Assembly (NCBI GenBank): GCA_017624275.1
Contig: JAGANG010000008.1
Coordinates: forward strand, 6,026-70,025
Origin: Spirochaetales bacterium
GTDB lineage: Bacteria > Spirochaetota > GWE2-31-10
Direction: 5' to 3'
DNA length: 64,000 bases
This document shows positions 44,001 to 52,600 of the stretch, one piece after another. The first letter of the stretch is position 1. The number at the start of each line of letters is the position of its first letter. The notes under the pieces are model-generated. The model had not been told where the DNA came from and ran no database searches. It saw nothing but the letters and a program-made list of their open reading frames with translations. Made by a program: the position numbers and the translations under genes.

Positions 44001-46588
44001 TTTTTAACTTCTTTTTCCGCTGCTACAAAAAGGTCGGTATTAGTTGCATCATTCCCGCGACTGTTCAATAATATTCTGGCTCGTCCGTTGATAATCTCAT
44101 TAAATTGAGCTGTGATTCTTATTTCTTTATCGACAGTATAAGCCCCCTGACCCACATCTGCACTAATCTTATTTACAACAGGTTTTTCTGTATCAATAAA
44201 AACTCCGCGAGATGAAAGTGACCCGGCTTTCCCCGGTTCTGATAATTTCAACACCGCAGGTACTGACGACACTCCTTCCCCCAATGCTTTTCCGAATATC
44301 TTTGTTTCGTCATCCATTTTTAGACTGCTTTCTGATAAATAATCCAACGGTTCAGCCTTATCACCGGATTGTACCGTATATTTAAATTTTAATATTTTCT
44401 CTTCTTCAAATCCGTCATATACAGCCTTTGGTATTGTTGTTACATCACTTATTGACTTTCCTTTACAATTTAATTCTAAATAGATAGATTCCTTATTACC
44501 TTTTATTTCTATTTCACGGTTCATTGTCACTGAAAAATGCAATACTTTATTCTCCGAATAATATCCGCCGGGTTCATCTATACTAACAGAAACGACTTGA
44601 GGACTGTTGTCATCTACTTTTACATAAACACTCGACTGGCTGATATTGCCGAAACTGTCTGAAGCTTTTACTATGATTCGCTGGTAACTTCCGCCGAGCT
44701 CGGTCAATTTGTCCGATGTCACACTCCATGTTCCGTCCGGAGCTAAACACTTATTCTGCAATAAATCATACACTCCCGGATTTCCGTTCGAATCGGTATA
44801 TTCGATTGTCAAAGAAGTAATTCCTGATTGTGCGTCACTACATTTTCCTTCTATTGTAAAATGCTCCCCACCGACATTGCGGACATTGTCATTGTCTTTA
44901 GGTGAATCAATACTCAAAACAGGTTCATTGAATTCTTTCGGAATGGTAAATGTTCCTACTGCATAATTTCCTGATTTGCTTATAGTGCAATAGTACATTT
45001 TTTTGTAATTAAAAACCTTGTTTCCATTTTCATCGATAAAATCATTTACCGGCAATTCACATGACCAATCCAATTTGACTGTATTATTTTCTGCAATATT
45101 TTCAAAATCTTTTAAATCTACAATCCAGTATTTTATACCGTTTTGATAACCGTTTTCCGCTATATCCCATTTAGCCACTTTCAACTCTGTAGCTTTTTCT
45201 TCAGATGCATTCGGATCCCACGCCAGAAGCACTTTTTCTATTCCGGCAGCGTCACGAGTAGTTGCTTCGACTATAAACGCCGGATTTTGGTCAGTAATAT
45301 ACGCCGTAGTCGGATATTCTTCAAAAGCTTTGACTTCTGTAGTAGGAGCACTTTCGTCAATTACCTGAAACCCGATAGAATGCTCATCATCCCAACCGGA
45401 AGTTTCAGTCCACAAGTCGCTGCCGTTACCGTAAGACGTAACTCCAGAAGAATCTTTGAGTCGATAATACAAACGATATCTACCCTGATTAGTCGGAGCT
45501 ACCAAGTCCCACATTGTACAACCGGTTTCCCCGAAAGACGCTTTTGTAACAGTTTCGTGTTTAACCATTTCATCGTAATCTGTATTTACAATGTAGAATT
45601 CCATCATTTCCAAGCTGTCATCATCATAAGCAGTACCGGAAATCTGAGCTCCCGCACGAAGTTTGTTTTTTTCCTGCTGCATTTCAAGATTATCTGCTGT
45701 TTCCAATGAAGAAACTTCTATCCACGGGCGGTCTGCTTCCTGATACAAACAAATAAAACCAAGTTGTGAATCGGAAGAGGCTGTTTTATTGCCGGCTTTA
45801 TCCGTAACTGCCACCGCCATTCTTAGATAGTGTTTTTCTGTCGGAGAAAGCTCTGAAAGTTTATTTATATATATTTCATTTTCTATAGGCTCTTGCTCAG
45901 AATCTACTGTCACAGTCCAATTGTACAAAGAACCTTCCACCATCAATTCGCCGGCTTTTCTTCCTAAGTACTTAGAATCAAATGTCAATGAGTAAACACA
46001 TTCGTTTTCTTTGAAAAGTTGTAACGTGATTTCTTTCAACGGATAATTATCTTTTATCTGTCCTTGTATCGAAAAAGTTTTGTTTTTAAAATATTCAATG
46101 TAAGCATATTGACGATAATCCAATCCCTCAAGTGTTTCTTGAGGTTTCAAGTTAGGCTTTTGGATTTTTATTTCGCTTTCTTCATTATCTACTGTCAAAA
46201 CAATAGTTTTTGATGAATTTTCAGATTGATTGCCGGCTTTGTCGTAAGCTGTAACAGTGATTGTATATTCACCGGTTTTCAAATCTTTAAATTCATAACT
46301 CCATTGCGTTCCGGCAACAACGGCAGTAGGCGGATTTTCTTTATCCGAAACTCTTTCACCGTTACAAAATACGCTCAATTCTACTTTTGTGACTTTTATA
46401 TTATCAGACACCGTTCCGGCTACAAAAAAGCTTCCTCTTTGGTATGCCAGATTGTCAGGTGTTGTAATATTTATTTCCGGTGCGGAAATATCGGGAGCAG
46501 TACCTCCTCCTACAAACATATTTGATGTATCACAAGACCAGATACTGAATATCAAAAATAAAATATATAATTGTTTCATTATTATCAT
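38090..46588 (-). CDS. Giant Ig-like repeat surface lipoprotein (2832 aa) with a C-terminal CBM26-like module
   Basis: Lipobox IWSC; repeated IDT..P / Y.AG..I...F.E.V / YTV..GD / D.AGN units; Gly/Ser linker then a Trp-rich tail. Alternative start at 46579. Confidence 0.85.
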   Translation of the reverse strand: MIIMKQLYILFLIFSIWSCDTSNMFVGGGTAPDISAPEINITTPDNLAYQRGSFFVAGTVSDNIKVTKVELSVFCNGERVSDKENPPTAVVAGTQWSYEFKDLKTGEYTITVTAYDKAGNQSENSSKTIVLTVDNEESEIKIQKPNLKPQETLEGLDYRQYAYIEYFKNKTFSIQGQIKDNYPLKEITLQLFKENECVYSLTFDSKYLGRKAGELMVEGSLYNWTVTVDSEQEPIENEIYINKLSELSPTEKHYLRMAVAVTDKAGNKTASSDSQLGFICLYQEADRPWIEVSSLETADNLEMQQEKNKLRAGAQISGTAYDDDSLEMMEFYIVNTDYDEMVKHETVTKASFGETGCTMWDLVAPTNQGRYRLYYRLKDSSGVTSYGNGSDLWTETSGWDDEHSIGFQVIDESAPTTEVKAFEEYPTTAYITDQNPAFIVEATTRDAAGIEKVLLAWDPNASEEKATELKVAKWDIAENGYQNGIKYWIVDLKDFENIAENNTVKLDWSCELPVNDFIDENGNKVFNYKKMYYCTISKSGNYAVGTFTIPKEFNEPVLSIDSPKDNDNVRNVGGEHFTIEGKCSDAQSGITSLTIEYTDSNGNPGVYDLLQNKCLAPDGTWSVTSDKLTELGGSYQRIIVKASDSFGNISQSSVYVKVDDNSPQVVSVSIDEPGGYYSENKVLHFSVTMNREIEIKGNKESIYLELNCKGKSISDVTTIPKAVYDGFEEEKILKFKYTVQSGDKAEPLDYLSESSLKMDDETKIFGKALGEGVSSVPAVLKLSEPGKAGSLSSRGVFIDTEKPVVNKISADVGQGAYTVDKEIRITAQFNEIINGRARILLNSRGNDATNTDLFVAAEKEVKNSDTLEFLYTVKEGDNTENQFLDIYVPFYAFSDTETVKDNAGNEMDFKKFPKDTESGSLAELKIKIDTKAPIFDGVYVSDVSIEPYEKNGKNYYLNAGKTVTLEARFNETVVLGDEQPYLELNMTKDGKPVRAQYKTGAGSSILYFVYTVAAGDDTADKNLHCDAFVGKVTDEAGNKVVGSTEEGKNTIGEEVALKKAISNGTEEISIIIDTTKPDAPTFIFTDKDGDVDGFNPDNNQRAMGYVYTGKATGYIENITITPKPADGEVTSKVKMYASIPGRTVQNWDYMNCYTTNTDNAEHDWTVKAQLVDYAGNISDVSSATFKVDKGVPLLSSITTTAINGLYKAGTEIPVTLTFSKKVNAVKSGNGDIKLTFNNNGYVTFVVSSNAYSAMHKGTYSVGTGDSDINDVSPIGYVKKLQIKEITGGIFTDTAGNKVAVEGDDCKLVMGEGFSDDFKTKNIQIDKTAPKFDGYQIESISDEMHIDTDGNYYLNAGDTVKIAAVFEEPVMISGDSKIELSHGKSASYVGTSSDRRTLYYTYTVASGENSASLCIAEKVIPNNVQDIAGNKFETKPAESTTLKHNEKTIVIDTITPDAPSVTFKDAGGYKVATNIGNVSEQLTMEISGEGNGEKIEYSINGGADYFVGISKVLGDTGSKKTFYIMAKQTDKAGNMSKPSDKITVTVDLQEMGISKITTTKVNGVYKAGDEIPVTLLFTKKVKFSGLKLTLNNGKVLEFANTNTLAISHQTVYTIASGEDTKNGYLKVNKEKGISGTFTDESNTTVDNKISASFANLVDNFSGNEILIDTNAPTISSYSVESVSDEMHIDTDGNYYLNAGDTVKVKVTFSEKVGVVGTSVLSLNSGENAVYLPNVDDDDKTLIYEYKVVAGTASPLSILQNVYPTNIQDDAGNTLNAGLSETILKYNSKNIVIDTTEPATPTVSIAGNSNASSFTQSVGMTIGGTEGNAMIEFSLDAGGSYETYTGAITLPKEGNNNLNTFNVLAKQTDIAGNVSSLSQMKTVVVDLRPTGLKSITTTKPSGVYKAGVLIPLTLEFHKAIKSNSNVTLTLSNNKPITFKPDGKSVYTVNYTTEDGDDVTALYVKNFAGTIIDSATGALVTSFVGVDGSVSAGVVNGTITATNLPKTSNVISIDTAAPKLTGYTVKSLGGTPVIDSKNYLNAGDSVEIAVAFDEAVTISGDSNVTLNNNKKAVYTGTSDDKKTLYYTYTVAGGDDKTDLGITANIYPNNIQDIAGNTLSAGLADATTLKHDSRNIEIDTVCVAPTLGGISVGKIYNAAKEVTLKGEAGATFYYSVDGGANSQQGQSFSTPTTEGRHPITAYQVDIAGNKSLWADAIEIIVDTAPPAIKSISTTAGSGSYKNGDKFTITAEFTENVTGNITVTLNTEAMVTFDNITDSNTATATYTALSGHDTIRLEAESVSGSITDIAGNNITILNDDFANFAGKDIKIDTTAPVINGFSMTAHSGSTKTGTLNTILQDTATDSNIVLNFNEGVSKGSGSIKIERVYKSYPAVMEVDDYNTHKAKISNWYIQRCIGTVNNNGTEPDTNAKYVLKYDIDHGAYASASGITDSTQKAVYNYFADKEYNVTTIDVNSGLVTIGKNSSTNATSVVTIQLPSKLQKGIIYKVTFTEGTFMDMVGNECAEESGSNVQFETGPTATPVIRINKKSGQGPGNQPYTTGVKVSSEMHDAELYFAQSNNPVNSDSNSVDKVKNPTSFASYSSEETLKVTNDQDGAIFKLWAKTTKDGLTGGEVYKELAYKTVIKLGSSHYVRGSDSTGGVSATTEFPASWYDILSTAQGGSSCWVTWHILKSFQWKEYDPNAYHDDKTDNRWIGSENEVTKPGSCDYINAPEVDGGGSSGDSGNTGSGVTITLTVPDWVWNDSAVLYVWVWGGSVSGKWVNVTKKSSTSATFVLPSGCTGFKVARMPAGASPNFDTAHNKSEDISYNGTTTYNAF

Positions 46589-46604
46589 TTCCTGCCCCCT
46601 TTAC

Positions 46605-49600
46605 TTAGTAGTTTCCGCCGTCACGGTCATGATAATTGGTTTCTAGTTTATTCGAATCCTCTCCGCTATTGCCGGCAAGGACTTTTATCGCATCATTCTC
46701 TTGCCATTTCCAAAGTAATTTACTACCGGATTTTTTACACTGCAATCCATGGAAATAAATCTTTTCCGGTACAGCCCAAGTTATTGCCTTACTATCCTTT
46801 GCCAACAACATTCCGTATTTAGCCAATTCTTTTTCCACATCATCGCTGTCTGCCAATGTTAATGACCAAGTAGTCGGCACACTCTTTTCGTCCCATGTCA
46901 CAGGGAATCCGCTTATAGTATTACTTCCGCTTCTTACATCTCCACCTCGGAATACCATAAAATGAGTAGAATCTGCACTATGTGACGTTTTGATAACTGT
47001 TTTGAATGCTTTTTCGAGGGAAAAGTCACTGGTTACACCGGATTTAGTCGCCAGTGCCGTAATCCAATATTTGTCTGCATTGTCACTACTACCAATAGTC
47101 ACTCCGTAATATGTAGTTCCACGCCATTTTACAGAACCGTTTTTGTATGTCTCATAATTCTGCTTTTTACCTTCAAACGATGAACTTGTATCATAATATT
47201 GACTGGAACTTACATAATATTCTATAGTCGCACCTTGTGTTATCGTGTGAATTTTTGCGGTTGTAGTCACTGCCGTACTTCCGCGTCCGGAAATTTTGTT
47301 TACACGTATTACCGGCGGTTGCGGTTTATCACCAGTAGAGAGAGTTTTAGCAGCTATACTTCCGGATGTCAGTCCGACAATATCTTTCACTATTCCGGTA
47401 TCAGTAGTCACAGTATATGTTTCGCCTGTCATCAAATTTTCTTTCGGTACAGTGACAGTCACTACATTTCCGGAAACAGCAACCGCAGAGCTTTCCATTA
47501 CGATTTCTTGCTTGTAGTAGCCCATACCTTCAAAAAGGTCTACCAAGTTCTCTACTGTCGGATCATATTGATATTTCAAAACATATTTAGCTGATAAGTC
47601 TGCTTCTTCTTTATCACTCGGATCAACACCGTTGATAGTTTTTTCGTAATAAGCTCCAATTCCGCTTTTCAATGTGTAGTACTCGTTGTACTGTGCCGGT
47701 GTCAGCACTATCGGAGCAGCATAAGCCTCACGTGTCAGTGTTATTTTCTTTCCGGCTACAATCGATACATTTTCATTGAACGTATAAGTCAATGTAGCAC
47801 TTCCGGTTGATGAATTATAATTTGACTCAAAGTTGGAAATGCTCGGAGCAATCGTGTCAATATTTACCTTGTAAGACGACAAATTCATATCGTCTGTATT
47901 CGACCACAAATCTGTCATTTGCTGAGTAGTCAAATCATCTTTTACACTTCCGGTAATTCCGGTAATTTTCAAAGGTGATTTTGTTTCTCCGGCAGCACTT
48001 CCCACTGTATAAGTGACAGTATATACAAATCCGTCGTTAGACCAATTTCCGCCGGAAATAGTTTTGTTGTTATTCAAAGCGATGCTGATATTACCGCTTG
48101 TACTGCGAGAGAACTCAAGAGTAATATCTATCACGGCACCTGTAGTACAAGTTTCGTTACTCTTAGATGATTTTACAGCCAGCAATCTCGTTTTATTTGT
48201 ATCTACGGTAAATTCTAACGTATCAGACACCGGACTGCTGTTGCCTGCAATATCTGTCTGGTAAACAGAAATTGTAAATGATTGTTTACCACCTTGTATT
48301 ACTGTCAAGCTATCCCTAACATTCTCAGGTAATTCTGAGAATGTCAATTTTCCGTCACTTACAGAATCCGGTATTGTCGCATTCCTACCGTTTATGCTTA
48401 TCGTATAATCAAATATTCCGCTGCCGCCTGTTTCACCGAATCCGCTTATTACAAGATTTTCACAGCTTGTCACCGTACCGCCGTTTGTTATTCCGCCGAT
48501 TGTCAATTTTTTCGGAGCCGCAGTGTCGATTCCGCATGGGAAATCATGACTCGGCAACGATGAAGACAAATCATTTTTTGCGATATCTTGGATAGTTCCG
48601 CTTACTCCGGTAACTTTCAAGCTTTTACTTGTTCCGGTAGAATTGCCGGCAGCTACGTTATAAACAAATACGATATTTTTAGAACCGCTTCCGCTTAGGT
48701 ATGTAGCCACTCCGCCACTGGAAAGTGACAATGTCGCACCGTCTGCAACATTTACGATTTCACTACATGCCATCGTAATCTGAATCATCTTGCCGGCATT
48801 ATACCAGCCGTCTGCTGCCGCAGAGGTAAAACCTGTTACAGTCGGCACTTCGGTATCGATATTTATTGTACGTGTATCGACAATTGTCGTTTCTGTAGGA
48901 AGATTGCTTGAGAATGTCAATGTCTTAGGACGACTGTCTTCAACCTTTCCCGTAATTGATTTTACATCCAAGGAGTTTCCTTTATCCCCTATGGATACAG
49001 TATATTCCGCAGTCAAAGTAGTACTGTATTCATCATTTGTAAGAATAGTTAATTCCTTATTGTTATTTAATATCACAGTAATTTCTTCTGTAACTTTTAT
49101 CGCTTTGTTGAAAGTAAGAGTCACCGGAATAACAGTACCGGCTTTGTATGTACCGGAATCTGTTGCTGTGCTGATACTTTGAAGTTCAATATTTTCACCG
49201 TCTATGGAGAAATTTGCACTTTTTGATGATACATTGCCGGCTTTGTCTGTCATTTTCACACTTACGGCAAACGTTGTCTTTACTCCGCCGTTAGCGATAC
49301 ATTCTATCATAGCTGTTCCGTTTGAAATCGAAAGAGATTCTTCTTTTTTACCGTTTACAATACACTCAATCGAAGCTACCTGGCTGCCGTCGTCTGTCAA
49401 ACCGCTGATTGTAAGAGTTTGATTACCCAAATAAGACTTACCGTCAGGATCGTTACCTTCTTCATTAACAATAGTAATATTATTAATCGCAGTATCGATT
49501 CCGATTTCTTTATCTTTGAAGTTATTATCACTCGGCAAGATTGGATTCCATTGATTTCCCGCCATATCAGTAATTTCACCGCTTTGAAGATTAGAAACTT

Positions 49601-52600
49601 TCAAGTCTTTATTTGTTCCGGTAGTGTCACCTTCCTCTACCTTTTTTTCATTAAAATTTACTTCATAAGAAAAATTCATTACTTGACCTTTTCCGCTCTG
49701 ATATCTCGCCGTACCGCCGCTGCTCATTTTTAACTCTGTACCATCAGCAACTTTTACGTCTTCATTAAATGTCAATGTCACAATTATTACATCGCCGGTC
49801 TTATACCAGCCGCTTTCTGCCGTTGTAGTAATAGAAACAAGTTCCGGCGGTGTAGTATCGATAGTAATCTGTTTTGTAGCCGCCAAGTTTGTAGCAGTAG
49901 ACAAAACATCGGCATTTAAAGTCAGTGGACCACCTAATCTATCTACTACCGTTCCGGTTAAAGCAGAAACATTCAAAACTTCCGTTGTAATATCACCTTT
50001 TTTTACTGTATAGGTATCGGTACCGGTAACGGTAACGGTTTTACTGAAAGTTTCTGTATTCGATATCGGCACTGTAACCGGAGTACCATTTGAATCTGTA
50101 GCATTCAAAGTCACAGTAATCGGAGCAGATACTTTTACTTCTTTATTGAAAGTAAGAGTAATAGGGATTTCATCTCCTACAGTACAAGTACCACTTAATT
50201 GAGTAGTACTGATACTTTCAAGCATCGGAGCAGAATTATCTATAGTAAACTCAATACTTTTTTCCGGCGAAACATTGCCGGCACGGTCACGCTGTACCGC
50301 TACTATTCTATAATCCAAAACTTCTCCGTTATCCGGTTTACATTCATAACCGTCAAAAGAACTTTGCCAATTACATATAACTTCACCGTTATTGGTAACA
50401 TAAAAAACCGCATTTGGTTCACTATTATCAGCACCGTTTTCTTGTTTACCGGGAATTTCTACAGTCACATAGGCTTCTCCGTTATAACCGGAATAAGCTT
50501 CGCCATCTGTAACAGCACCTTTTACAGAATGTACTGCATTCAGTTCCAACGCTGCCGGAGGATCTGTATCGATTCCGATTTCTCTACCTTTGAAATTATC
50601 TTCCGGGATTGTTGCATCCAAACTATTTCCGTCTACGCTTACCCCGGCTAAATCGGTAATTTTTACCTCAATTGAATCTACTTTTAAATACTTAGCATCT
50701 TTAGATGAGTCCCCGGTATTCTGACCGGCTTCGACTGTATAGCTAAATAGCCAGTTTGCAGTACCGCTTCCACTTGAGTATGAAGCCTCACCGCCTCCGG
50801 CAAGTTTCAATTTTGGATTATCTCCGCTAAATTCTACCGATTCGCTAAATTCCACATCAATCATGATTACTTCACCGACAGTATACCAACCCTTAGTTTT
50901 TTCTGTTGAGATTTTGGTTATTTTAGGAGGGGTACAGTCTATTTTTATCTCTTGGAATGTGTCCATATTTTCAAAATTTGACTCTTTTAAAATTTTATTC
51001 AAATCTTCAAAAGTCAATTCATTATTCAATAAGTCCTTTACGGTTCCGGCAATCACTTCTTTAATTTTCAAATTATCTGCCCAATCATCTCCTGAAGCTA
51101 CCGTATAAACACCTGAAAAATAATGCTCGCCGTTACCGTGTACATTATCTGTCTTTTCAGACAATTCCACTTCTTTTCCGTTATTAAGCATTACTTTTAG
51201 ATTAGTAGCTTTCATTTCTTTATTGAATACCAACGCAACATTTATCTCTTCATCGATTGTGTATGTTCCGGTAACAGAAGTTTCCAATTTCTTCTTTTTA
51301 CCATCTGTCTCATCCTCTACAACTTTTGACGGCGAAGCTTTTAATAATTTTGGTTTACCTGTATCAATTATGAAATCAACTTCCTCACTCTTACCGGATA
51401 TATTTCCGGCTTTGTCTTTCAATTCTAAAATTACAGTATATTCTTGATAAAATCCGTTCGGTTCTCCGGCACCGAATATTCGACTGATTATTCCGTTTTT
51501 GAAGTCAGACTCTAGCGGACTAAAGTTTTCCAAACTTCCGTTCTCTGTCCACGCACAAGAATACACATCACTTTCAATGGCTGATTTAGTTTTCACTTCT
51601 ACACCGACAGTTCCGTCAACGTTTAATGCTGTATAAATAGAAATTTCTTCTGAATTATTTGCAGGAGCCTTATCTTTCAATTCTATTACCGGTGTAGCAG
51701 GTGCTTTTGTATCTATAACTAATTTCTTTTCTTTTTCATTTTCATTAGCATTTTTAATCACGCCGTCAGTTTCAGAGAATCCCTTTAACTCATTTTCTGC
51801 ATAATCGATAATTTTACCGTTTATTCCATCAACTTTAAGATTTCCGTCTGTATTATCACCGACACCGACAGTATAAGAGAAACACAATTTTTCACTTCCG
51901 CTGCCGGATGAATATGTTGCTATAGAACCACTGCTTAATGCTAATGTTACTTCACCTGATATTTTTACCGGTTCACTGAACACAACAGTAAGGTTTATGA
52001 GTTTTCCGGCGTTACAATAAAAAGTCTCAGCAGCTGCATCATACCCACCGCCTAAGTTCAATTCAACATCTGTATAATTTGACTCGATTCGTTTTATATC
52101 TGCAGGAGTCGTATCAATTACAAGTTTATTACTCCATTTATCTTTTTCAGGATCGCAGTTTTCAAAATCAAACTTATTTCCTTTACCGTCTTCACCGTAA
52201 TCAGCCGAATCGGTAATCTCTACTTCCGGGTCTACATCCCAGCCTGTCCATGCCAATTCAGCGACATTATCACCGTCTGCTACCGTATATAAAAACATTG
52301 CTTTATTATCTGCCGTTCCTTTACGTCCCGAATCATATTCAGCATAGCGAGTTTCTTTCCCCTCTACATTCAATTTCATTCGTAACTTTTTCCCTTCCGG
52401 AACATTGATTGTCACATTTTCAGAGAAAATCACCTGTATATCAATCTCGTCACCGGCATTATACGAACCGTTCGGATTCAAAGTCTTTACAGCGGAAATT
52501 TTCGGTGGTACAGTATCTATTCTTATCGTCGCATTTGTCATCAACGACCCGCTTCCTTCATCTAGGAAAGAGTCAAGACGCAACTCTAAATTCTGACTGT